Source of the DNA: Chiloscyllium plagiosum
Taxonomy: Eukaryota
Reading direction: 5' to 3'
Assembly (NCBI RefSeq): GCF_004010195.1
Contig: NC_057718.1
Span: forward strand, 53,859,009-53,879,008
Length of the DNA: 20,000 nucleotides
Shown: positions 11,066 to 20,000 of the stretch, piece by piece
Layout: every line of letters begins with the position of its first letter
Numbering within the stretch: the stretch's first letter is position 1
Made by a program: the position numbers and the translations under genes
The notes under the pieces: generated by a model
Databases searched by the model: none
The model's input: the letters and a program-made list of their open reading frames with translations, nothing else
What the model was told of the DNA's origin: nothing

Positions 11066-11365
11066 TTAGATTAGATTACTTACAGTGTGGAAACAGGCCC
11101 TTTGGCCCAACAAGTCCACACCGACCAGCCGAAGCGCAACCCACCCATACCCCTACATTTACCCCTTTAACCTAACACTACAGGCAATTTAGCATGGCCA
11201 ATTCACCTGACCTGCACATCTTTGGACTGTGGGAGGAAACCGGAGCACCCGGAGGAAACCCACGCAGACACGGGGAGAATGTGCAAACTCCACACAGTCA
11301 GTCGCCTGAGTCGGGAATTGAACCCGGGTCTCTGGTGCTAACCACTGTGCCACCGTGCCGCCCAC
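11066..11365 (-). mobile_element. HE1-type tRNA-derived V-SINE (young copy, 16-bp deletion in head)
   Basis: Minus-strand A box TGGCACAGTGG (11342-11352) and B box GGTTCAATTCC (11314-11324); body highly similar to the reverse complement of 16898-17220; (ATTAG)n tail; many CpGs retained. Confidence 0.93.
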
Positions 11366-12550
11366 AAATATTGATGCATACCCAAAACTTAGCTAGTATT
11401 ATATGACAACTAAATTCTAGCATTTACTAGACAAATACTGTAGTACAAGTTTGAATTGAGGAGTTTATGTTAAGAGCAAGAAATGAAAGTTGGGATGGAG
11501 AGGTTGCTATGTTATAGGGAGCAGCCTGAAGAAAATACATGTTTTGTGTCTGTTAATATAAATGTGTCAGAAAGGCACAGACTCAGGACATTTAATCAGA
11601 TTATTGAAGCTAGAGTAAATGATCAGTAATCTGAAGTTAACAGTATAACAAAAGACATAAGGAATCAGACAATTAGAAAGTTCAAGTTATGTGTTGACTT
11701 AGATTCAAATTCTATCACTCCATGCCAACATGTTTGCAGGTGGATAGAGAGTGCTAGTAAAATTCTCTGGGTGACATATTCGCCTTACACCTGCCTACTC
11801 CGTCCTGCCCCCGAACTCCAAATTATCTGCATTTTTACTTGGAGTGGCCAATTAGTCACCGCAATTTTGAGCCTGGTGTGAGGAATTTGAATGCAGAGAA
11901 GTCTCATGGGTGATTCCTCCTGCTCTGGCCTCTCCAATATGACCCTCTCCTCCCTTCTCACTGTTTTCCTCAGGTCTCATTGATACAGAAAGGTGGTAGA
12001 CCCTTCTGCTAATTAAACCAAACACCTAGAAAAGCACAGCTCGCCTCATTATCTGTTAAAGTATGAGTGACTGAGAACTCCAAAATCTACTATTTAAAGA
12101 AAATAATATCAAACATTCAATAACTCTAAAAGTGAACATTAAACAACAACTATTTACAACTCTAAGCCACTTTTCTCTTAAATGTTTGTTATCTGCCTCC
12201 AACTCTATAACAATATACTGTTCCATTAAAAGCCAATATTAAAAATAAATCAACTTAATTTCAAAACCACACAGCACTGTTGTCTCTAGTGCCCTCCTTC
12301 TTTTAGCTGAAGATCTCCCTGGATCATCTTCGGTCTTCTACTGCAAAGATGTTTCATATGAAAAAGGTACCTTTGACAGAGAGTGTTTTGAATGGCAGTC
12401 TTTCTTGATGACAGTTACTCTCTGTCTAACTTTCAAACTGTCTGCCTCTTTTATCCCCCCAACATCAGATTGTCTCATTGGTTCGATGTTGGCAAAACAA
12501 TAAATTCAAAATCGATTGGGGTTTAGTATCCTGGGGCATAAATTAAACTG

Positions 12551-12763
12551 GAGGAGAAAGTGAGGACTGCAGATGCTGGAGATCAGAGCTGAAAATGTGT
12601 TGCTAGAAAAGCACAGCAGGTCAGGCAGCATCCAAGGGACAGGAGAATCGACATTTCAGGCATAAGCCCTTCTTCAGGCGAAGGGCTTAGCCCGAAACGT
12701 CGATTCTCCTGTTCCTTGGATGCTGCCTGACCTGCTGAGCTTTTCCAGCAACACATTTTCAGC
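12551..12763. mobile_element. Palindromic insertion made of two inverted Penelope-like termini, with TSD
   Basis: Arms 12588-12672 and 12680-12763 are reverse complements (5 mismatches and 1 indel in 85 nt) with a 7-nt loop; ATAAATTAAACTG duplicated at 12538-12550 and 12764-12776. Confidence 0.9.
12648..12678 (-). ncRNA. Minimal type I hammerhead ribozyme motif (Penelope-associated)
   Basis: Minus strand reads C-CUGAAGA-AGGGCUUAUGCCU-GAAA-UGUC-GA: CUGANGA and GAAA core boxes around stem II (GGC/GCC), followed by GUC. Confidence 0.6.
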
Positions 12764-12896
12764 ATAAATTAAACTGAATGGTTAAATTTGAATTGTTGTC
12801 AAAAATAGCATCCAATGCAGGTATCTGTTTCATAGCCAAATGTTACATATTTTCAATTTTCCAGTACACTCTGAGACTCCTAACTAGTCATATGAC

Positions 12897-13654
12897 AGGT
12901 GCCCACCCTATCTGCATTCTGTAGAGACATTCCCTCTACGACACCTTTGCTAGGTCCACACCCCCCACTAAGCCACCCTCCACTCCTGGCACTTTCCTTT
13001 GCTACTGCAAGAGGTGTAAAACCTGTGTCCACACTTCCCCCCCTCACCTCCATCCAAGGCCCCAAAGGATCCTTCCACATCTGACAGAGATTTTCCTGCA
13101 CCTCCACACATGTCATCTACTGTGTCCCTTGTTCTCAATGTGGTCTCCTCCCATCCCATTCCACCAATGACATGCAAGTCCTGTGTCTTCTCCATCACCA
13201 AACTTGAGCCACCTGATGCCGAGAGGAAGAACATCTCACCTTGGGACCCTCCAACCACATGGGATCTATGTAGATTTCACCAGTTTCTTCATCTCCCCTT
13301 CCCCCACTTTATCCCAGGTCCAATCCTCCAACTCAGCACCACCCTCATGCACTGTCCTACCTGTCCATCTTCCTTCCCACCTATGCAGTCCACCTTCCAC
13401 TCCAACCTATCACCATCATCCCCCACCTTCATCTACCTATCACATTCCTAGCTACCTTTACCCCAGCCCCAAAACCCTCCCATTTATCTCTCAGCCCCCT
13501 TGGCACCCCTACACCTCCACCCCCACATTCCTGATGAAGGGGTTATGCTCAAAACGTTGACTCTCGTGCTCTTCGGATGCTGCCTGACCTGATGTGCTTT
13601 TCCAGCACTACACTTTTTGACTGACCTCGAGCATCTGCAGTCCTCCCTTTCTCC
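12897..13654 (+). mobile_element. 5'-truncated Penelope-like element: GIY-YIG endonuclease pseudogene and 3' terminus
   Basis: Translates (with a +1 frameshift in a C7 run and a TGA at 13082-13084) as GTFLCYCKRCKTCVHTS/PLTSIQGPKGSFHI*QRFSCTSTHVIYCVPCSQCGLL, then after a deletion ...LGTLQPHGIYVDFTSF. These are the Cys-rich linker, VIY box and C-terminal LGTLxPxGxN-like motif of Penelope ORFs. The 3' end 13530-13654 matches the hairpin arm. Confidence 0.88.
13530..13560 (+). ncRNA. Degenerate hammerhead ribozyme motif
   Basis: CTGATGA-AGGGGTTATGCTC-AAAA-CGTT: the GAAA box is mutated to AAAA (consistent with CpG decay), so presumably inactive. Confidence 0.5.
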
Positions 13655-13734
13655 TTGGTGCTTGTAAGCTCTCAGTGGAAAACACATTCACTCTCTCTTA
13701 AAGGTACAGTACACGCCTTCAACGTCATAACATT

Positions 13735-14068
13735 CATCACACCTTACTAGTGTGAGAACTCCCACAGTTACCTGGTTCTTGAACTCCTAGACTTAGGACC
13801 TGGAGTCTGGTTGTCATTCAGTTGTAGTTATTGCTTGTATTGATGGTGCTGGCACTTACAGGACTGCTGCCTGATCAGATTGGTCAGCAGCTTTCTGAGA
13901 TAGGAATTCTGCCTGGGTGAGGGGGGAAAGTCCTGTCTCCAGCCGATGAACACTGCTCAGAGCATTAAATGGGTGTCAGGCTGATGTGAGTATTGAACAC
14001 GTGTTCCCCACTGACTTTTCGGGGGGAAAGGTTGCGTAAGGAACCACACCATCTGAAAATTCCTGCCA
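13735..14068. mobile_element. Probable non-autonomous DNA transposon remnant, possibly continuing from ~11755-11980 on the other side of the LTR
   Basis: GGACTGCTGCCTGATCAGATTGGTCAGCAGCT and the terminal GAAAATTCCTGCC resemble shark Harbinger-like MITEs as I recall them; left TIR not clear. Confidence 0.3.
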
Positions 14069-15596
14069 GTATATCTTCAAGTCAAATGGATCTAAAAAAG
14101 TAAGTTAGCAACTTATCTCAGAGTGATTTTTATTAATTAATGAAGAATTTCAATTGGTATTTGTAGCAGCTTTAATGGCCTCAGGCATCCTAAAGTACTT
14201 AATTGTGCGTTTTAACAACAATGCCATCATGCATAACTCCAATGTCAAAATCTTCTTTGCACTGAAGACAGTAAGACTGACAGCAAAATGCCAGAATACT
14301 ATCCTGAAATTCCTGAAATGCTGCAGAAAATTTCAGTCTGTTGAAATATTTTATCAGGACATGGTGCAATTATTTAACTTCACGGATCTGCCACACAATT
14401 GGACAGCCTCATTTCTGCTAAGGAAACCTGTGAATTGATTATCAAGCAAGGAAAATTAAGTTGTTAATATGTCAGAATATCCCCCTCCGTCCCTCTTCAT
14501 GCTTTGAGTCAACATTCAGATCTTAGTAATATATTCCTATTTAAAAAACGTATTAAGAACTTTTAAATTGCTGTTCTGAAAACTCTGTTATTATCTGATT
14601 TCACTGCATCAAATTTATCCATATTTGCATTATTAGAACTAAATCCCAAGTGAATTAAGATTCTACTGCCTATTAAGCAAGAACTGATGATGACCACTGT
14701 CTGTTTGAAATGATGATTTAGTCTGATGATTTTACCCCGGTTAGTTAAAGGAAGTGTAACTTTCAAAGCCAAAGTAGTACACTCATCCATAATAGCTCAT
14801 ACTCTTTCTATTCAAAGGGACTTTTGAGACAGTTTTGTTTCCCAAGAATGTAGCTATTAACAAAATCGAAAACAGCAGTTTATTGCAGTCAACCTTCACT
14901 TAGTAGTCCAGACCAAGCAGAAAACCACATATAAAGTGAACCTCGAGAATAAATTGAGCACTGCTTCAATGACAGTGTATTACAAATGTTCTTTCATTCA
15001 AGTCAAAGACAATCATAAGTCAGTTATGCCTGCAGAGCTTATGATTTATATTCTTTCTCACATGTGAAGGAACTTCCATAAGGTACTATCAGTGATGCGG
15101 TATCATATTTATCAGCTCACTTTTCCCTTCTAACTGTCTATAATTCATTTTCAAACCAGAACAATTAATATTTTACTAGGCAGCAACTTTTAAATGTTAG
15201 TAAATTAATAAATGTGAGATTGGGTCAGAGAAGTGCCCTTTTTTCCTTCAATCTCTAATATCATTTGCTAAGCGCCTTGTAGAAACATCAAATCAATAAA
15301 CCAGTTGAATATATCACTTTTGTGATCTGGGAGTGCATATTTACATTGCCTGCTGGAGCCATAATTCTCAAAAGTGAAAGCTTAAAGGCAAAATATACAC
15401 TTGTGGATTATTAAATTACTATTGGCAAGTTGCACAAAGATTCTAGAATTATTCAAAATGCCGTACAAAGGCTCCAGTGATCCTCCATCACAAAAAATAA
15501 ACAAATATATCATCAATAGCTGAATTCCAAGAAATCTATGCAAACAATAGCTACAATTTACAGTCAACTAATACTGAAAACAAAGCGAAGGCCTAC

Positions 15597-15711
15597 CGTA
15601 TATTGTGATACTTCTGCTGCATAACCAGCAGAAAATTGGTGGACTTCCAACAGAAGACTTTTCACTTCATTTTTTTTCCAAACCTTGAACCTTGAACTGA
15701 TTAGCAATGAC
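15597..15711 (-). CDS. Candidate internal coding exon of an unidentified host gene
   Basis: Minus strand: ...CACTTGGTTAAGCAG| 115 nt with only one frame open throughout (SLLISSRFKVWKKNEVKSLLLEVHQFSAGYAAEVSQYT) |GTAGGC. The acceptor is weak. Confidence 0.25.
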
Positions 15712-15904
15712 CTGCTTAACCAAGTGAAAGCTGCAGGATGGTGAAGTCCAACCCTTTCAAGCTATTAAAAGAATATGCCTCAAACCCAGGCTAGGTGACA
15801 AAAATGAAGAAAGCAACCACTGCCATTGACCATTATTTTCTGTTCCATGCAATCTACCTTCTAAGCATGTAGAAAGTAAAGAACTTGCAAGAATGTGTTC
15901 TTTG

Positions 15905-16690
15905 CTGAAGGCCCTCTTAAGCCCTCACTACAGTATTGGGTGCTTTATGACCAATACCATACTTTAGAAGTACAGTCACAGCTGTAGTTCCAGAAGGTTT
16001 CATATATTAATGCCTGGTGTACTGATAGTAATAAGGTCAACCAGCTAGACCTCAAAGAATATGAGTTTCCTGATTGAGACTATTCATCTGGTTCAATCAC
16101 AGTGCCCTGGATGATATGAAAAGATTGGAGTCCAGGGTTTGACTTGGTATGAGGCAGTGTTATAGTCAAGGACTGTTCATGTTAAACAAAGGGCAGCTTC
16201 TGTGGAATTATTTCACCTGTAATAGGGTTGTACTATGAGGAAAAGTCTGCTCAGGTGAGGTTTATATCAGTTTCAGTTTAGAGGAGGAAGAGCTGACTTG
16301 ATTGAAATATATAAGATCCTGGGGGAGGAGGGATCTTGATAGAGTAGGTGTGGAAAGAATATTTTCTCTTATGGAAGAATCTAGGGAACACTATTTACAA
16401 ATGGGGGAGGGAGGGGTTGCGCATTTAAGGTGGAGATAAGGAAAAGTTTTTTTTATTTAGAATTTTGAGAGTCTTTGGAACTTTGTTCCTCAAAAAACAG
16501 TGGAGGCAGATATTTTTAAGACAGTTGGAGGTAGCTTCTTGTGAGACACAAGGGTGAAATATTATCAATGTTAGGCAAAAAAAACTGTGGACTTGAGGTA
16601 ACAATCAAAGCACCCATAATCTTATGAAATGGTGGAATAGGCTCAAAGATCCAGGTGTCCTACTCTGCTCCTAATTTGTATGTTTGCATA
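15905..16690 (+). mobile_element. Decayed CR1 ORF2 C-terminus and 3' UTR (interrupted ~16020-16210)
   Basis: GACTTGATTGAAATATATAAGATCCTG (DLIEIYKIL, ~16294-16321), GTCTTTGGAACT, and tail ATGGTGGAATAGGCTCAAAG...CCTACTCTGCTCCTAATTTGTATGTT. Confidence 0.7.
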
Positions 16691-16897
16691 TCATGTAGGA
16701 AAGGATATCAACAAATTTATACGCATTGTCAGACAAACAGTCGAGGGTTAAATCACCAATTGGTCTATGGACTGTCCATTAATCTACTAATTTTGAAAGG
16801 ACAGCACTCTGACAACTGGATTAGAATGTCATATGCATTTTGAAAGGAAGCAAAATAACAAAGAGCTCATAATGGTGTGAAGTTCACAAGTTAAATT

Positions 16898-17220
16898 GTG
16901 GGCGGTACTGTGGCACAGTGGTTAGCACTGCTGCCTCACAGTGCCAGAGACCCGGGTTCAATTCCTGCCTCAGGCGACTGACTGTGTGGAGTTTGCACAT
17001 TCTCCCCGTGTCTGCATGGGTTTCCTCCGGGTGCTCCGGTTTCCTCCCACAGTACAAAAATGTGCAAGTTAGGTGAATTGGCCATGCTAAATTGCCCGTA
17101 GTGTTAGGTGAAGGGGTAAATGTAGGGGAATGGGTCTGGGTGCGTTGTGCTTCGGCGGATCGGTGTGGACTTGTTGGACCGAAGGGCCTGTTTCCACACT
17201 GTAAGTAAGTAATCTCATCT
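16898..17220 (+). mobile_element. Full-length HE1-type tRNA-derived V-SINE
   Basis: A box TGGCACAGTGG (16911-16921), B box GGTTCAATTCC (16955-16965), V-domain-like GTGTGGAGTTTGCACATTCTCCCCGTGTCTGCATGGGTTTCCTCCGGGTGCTCCGGTTTCCTCCCAC, CR1-like tail GGACCGAAGGGCCTGTTTCCACACTGTA; possible TSD TAAATT (16892-16897 and 17220-17225). Confidence 0.95.
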
Positions 17221-17239
17221 AAATTTGTAACTAATTCAC

Positions 17240-17407
17240 TCTTCCTTCATTGTGGCTAGGTCAAAGTCCTGGAATAGCTTTTCTAACAGTAATGTGGGAA
17301 CACCTACATTCACATAGCCTGCAGCAGTTTAGGACGATGAACCCAGATACCTTCTCAAAGGGGCAACAGCTGCTGGCTTGTGCACAAATTTCATGGATGA
17401 ATAAAAC
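17240..17407 (+). mobile_element. LINE 3' end fragment (same family as 75-250)
   Basis: GGTCAAAGTCCTGGAATAGC...CTAACAG...CCTTCTCAAAGGG...ATGGATGAATAAAA. Confidence 0.65.
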
Positions 17408-17549
17408 CAAGTTGGTGGAACCTTGCTGAATTGGAATAAATCCAACTGCTTTCCGACATTCACATTTCAGCATTGTGCAAATTCACCAAAATTAAGCCAG
17501 GGGGTTAAAGAATTATCCAAGTTAATTAAATTTGGCTTGTAATCGTTTC

Positions 17550-17930
17550 AGTGTGCAAGGTTCAGGGAGGATTTAATCGAGGGATGTGAAATGTCAAACA
17601 ACTTTTTGAAGGCACATACCGATAGAAGCTGTTCAGAGAAGCTAGACCAAAGGACACAATCTAAAAACTGGGTCTTAACTCTTTGGGAATGACTCTTTGG
17701 GAATGAAGCATAATTAACACAACAGATAATGTAAAGCTACAACTTGTTTTCCAAAAAGCTATTGCAGCTACGTCAATTGCAATTTTCAAACAAGGATTGG
17801 TAGATCTTTTGTTTGATAAAGTTATCAGCAAATTGATGGAAAGTGTAAAGGCATTTGAGGTGTAGTTCTGTCACGATTTTATTAAATGTTAGAACAGACT
17901 CAAAGGGATAAGTGTTCTCTTCCTAGTCCA
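17550..17930 (+). mobile_element. Highly decayed CR1 3' region
   Basis: Collinear weak similarity to 16280-16680 (AGGGAGGATTTTAATCGAG, CTAGACCAAAGGACACAATCTAAAAA, AACAGACTCAAAGGG). Confidence 0.5.
17678..17705. repeat. Perfect 14-bp tandem duplication
   Basis: ACTCTTTGGGAATG x2. Confidence 0.9.
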
Positions 17931-18699
17931 AAATGAGAAGAGAGATGTGATAGTAGGAAAAGGTGGAGGCCACACTTTGTGATACATTCTGTACATGAAC
18001 AGATAGGTTTGTCCTGTATTGTGATGCATCGACACATTTGGGATGAGCTATAATCATAAGTTGCTCCTGATGGACAGTTCATTCAACAGGAGAAGGTAAA
18101 TATTTCATTGATTTATAGAGTGTTTCATAACAGATTAAATCTTTTTACAGCGAAAAGACTTTGCCAATAATCCAGACAGTTCCACTCTGACAAAGGAAAT
18201 GAGGTAAAAGACTTTAGAGACCAATGCAATAGGCAGCATACAGAAGCTCTCCATGTCAATTTGGGAAACTGTGAAGAGATAAAGGTGGGAGGGAGATTCT
18301 TTGCACATCCAGCCATTCTGCCTGACCAGGATACATACAAACTATTCATAATGGTCATGTATTTGTGTTGTAAACTAGTATGTTCAATTGAGTTTTAAAC
18401 TCTGATTAACCCATTCCACCCACCATATTGGCTGTAGTCAAATCTTGAGTAAAATTATCTCAATGTACCAAACTTGCTCAACATCATGAGTGAAACACAA
18501 TCATATTGTGATGAATGAACATCCTCTACTACTGGCCACAGCTGCACACCTCTCCTCAAGTGACAGCGATGTTGTGACAAGCAAAGTCATGAAACAGGTG
18601 CTGGCATTCTTAAACTACCCAGACAAGGGGAACCTATTGTATTTTCCAGAGCACATCATCTGACTTATGATGACTGCTATGTCTTCCACAATCAGGAAT

Positions 18700-19641
18700 G
18701 TTCAGTCCTTTTCTCAAGGACTTTGGGTGACCACATCAACAGGAAAAGGATGAGGAAGATATGGTGCTCTCTATAGGTGATAAATCAGTCTCTGGGCATT
18801 TTAAAAAGTAGAATCTTAATAGTAATCATGCCAGTATTCTTGTCTGAGCCAAAAGCATATTGGTTTAAGGCAAATTAGGTTGTAGAAATGATTAGATGGC
18901 TCAAAGACTAGTACAGGAGAAGTGTGTTCTGGTCTATGGGACACTCGTACCTGAGCTAAAGAAAGGGGGTATTAGATGGTACAGTCTCTACCTGAACTGT
19001 GCTGCAGCTGGTGTTCTAGTGAACTGCATAGCTTGGGAAGGAGCAAGAGATTTAAACTAATTACTGGAGCAAGGGATCAAATTTGGAAAGACATGGTAAC
19101 TTAGAGGTTAAATAGCAAGCAAACTAATAATATGGGAAATGATAAACTGACCATAACAGGAAGAGATAAAGAGTACATATCTAAGACCAAATCAACAGAT
19201 AAGTCTTGAGGTTGCACAAATAATAAAAGAACAAAACAAAAGGCTGTGTGTCTGAATGTACTTAGTATTTGGAACAAAAAAGGTAAACAAATAGAAATAA
19301 ATAAGTATGCTTGAATAGTAATTAGAAAGATATTACTGCAGGATATTATAGATTAGGATCTTGATATTGAAAGTTATAAAACATTTATGAAAGACAGAAT
19401 CAAAGTAAAGGTACTTCTGTTAATTTATGATTATACTCACAAAATGCAGAGGGATGACCTACATACAGGAAAACAAGATATGGAAGATGTTTGAGTATAG
19501 ATAAGAAATGCTTAAGGTTCAATAAAATGTGGAAGTGTAAAACAGGTTTCCTTACAACAGTTAGGCAGTAGTTTGGAACAGTGGTAACTTGTCAGAAAGC
19601 TATGACAATAATCATGGAGTGTTTAATCTACACATAGGCTG
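18700..19641 (+). mobile_element. Old CR1: ORF1 esterase (SGNH-like) remnant followed by ORF2 APE endonuclease remnant
   Basis: TTAAAAAGTAGAATCTTAATAGTAATCATGCCAGTATTCTTGTCTGAGCCA resembles LKSRTxxVIISGLLPEP; AGTCTCTACCTGAAC resembles GLHLN; TTTAAACTAA is the typical ORF1 end; CTGAATGTACTTAGTATTTGGAACAAA resembles LNARSIRNK; ATAATCATGGAGTGTTTAATCTACACATAGGCTGG resembles IIMGDFNLHIDW. Confidence 0.7.
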
Positions 19642-19642
19642 G

Positions 19643-20000
19643 CTTTTTGCATCAGAGAGCAGCGAGGGCTGGGCGGAAGTGAAGGCAGAGCTCAAAGCCG
19701 GTTGGGAAGGTAAGTGATTGTTATTTGAGTGGGTGTGTTCTAGACCCCAGGTCCTACAACGTAGGGCCTCCCTCCCTCCCTCCTCCTCTAACCTAAATTA
19801 AAAGTCCACAGAAGTGCCCCAAAAAGAGGGTCCAACGAAGTTCCTGTGGATTGAAGAGTGAGGCTTCAGCTCAGGAGTCTTTGAAAAGGAGGTTGAGTGA
19901 AGTGATTACGCTACAGTTGAAGAGGGTGAAGACATGACTGCCAAGCTAGTTCAGTGTGCTACATGCTTGATGTGGGAGGTCAACGACTCTGGTGTGTCTG
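19643..20000 (+). mobile_element. 5' end of a younger CR1-type LINE (leader plus start of ORF1), running out of the window
   Basis: Abrupt switch to GC/CpG-richer sequence with GGCGGAAGTG; ATG at 19934 opens MTAKLVQCATCLMWEVNDSGVS, matching the VxCxxCxMWE N-terminal zinc-finger start of fish/shark CR1 ORF1. Confidence 0.75.
19934..20000 (+). CDS. CR1 ORF1p N-terminus (partial, CxxC zinc finger)
   Basis: GACATGACT start context; open to the window end; CATC-LMWE motif. Confidence 0.6.
   Translation, partial: MTAKLVQCATCLMWEVNDSGVS

Larger units (their letters stand above)
11981..13732 (-). mobile_element. Solo LTR-like element interrupted by two Penelope-like insertions
   Basis: Termini TGATAC...CATAACA (TG..CA; same CATAACA end as the LTR at 2200); flanks CTCAT/TTCAT (5-bp TSD with one mismatch); about 770 bp once the insertions are removed. 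Strand is tentative. Confidence 0.6.

Noticed and set aside
12551..13654. A single TIR DNA transposon defined by the inverted ends GGAGAAAGTGAGGACTGCAGATGC / GCATCTGCAGTCCTCCCTTTCTCC
   Set aside because: The left part has its own TSD and LTR sequence resumes at 12777-12896, so these are two separate Penelope insertions.
12880..13687. Overlapping Pro/Ser-rich ORFs as real genes
   Set aside because: By-products of the C-rich, frameshifted Penelope remnant.
14680..14728. C/D box snoRNA (ATGATGA...ATGATGA...CTGA)
   Set aside because: Only about 40 nt from C box to D box, with no clear terminal stem or guide.
14803..14853. 51-nt minus-strand exon (TFLGNKTVSKVPLNRK) with plausible splice sites
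   Set aside because: Open only in phase 1-1, incompatible with the neighbouring candidates, and short enough to be chance.
16901..16975. tRNA gene
   Set aside because: A and B boxes are present but continue into a SINE body and tail found three times in the window.
17900..18358. Cys-rich ORF 17900-18082 and ORF 18125-18358 with pyrimidine-rich acceptors on minus
   Set aside because: No convincing donors and no recognisable domain spacing.
1..20000. CRISPR array or prokaryotic operon/defence system
   Set aside because: No regularly spaced direct repeats, no ORF over 129 aa, and the content is vertebrate-type repeat DNA.

Overview
Repeat-dense, AT-rich eukaryotic DNA with no intact protein-coding gene that I can identify. 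The repeat content (HE1-type tRNA-derived V-SINEs, CR1/HER1-like LINE debris, Penelope-like element ends) points to a cartilaginous fish, probably a shark (inference from recalled consensus sequences, no search run). Most ORFs in the track are chance ORFs or decayed transposon frames. Best-supported structures: a 627-bp solo LTR with a perfect TAGT target-site duplication (1574-2200); a second LTR-like element (11981-13732) carrying two Penelope-like insertions, one a ~175-bp hairpin with a 13-15 bp TSD and minimal hammerhead-ribozyme motifs at its apex, the other a GIY-YIG remnant; three HE1-type SINEs; many CR1 fragments; a decayed Harbinger-type Myb/SANT gene; and the 5' end of a younger CR1 whose leader has a splice donor, hairpin and branch-point-like motif. 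A few minus-strand candidate exons (8144-8249, 15597-15711) suggest the window could lie inside an unidentified host gene, but this is unproven. Boundaries of old repeats are approximate.
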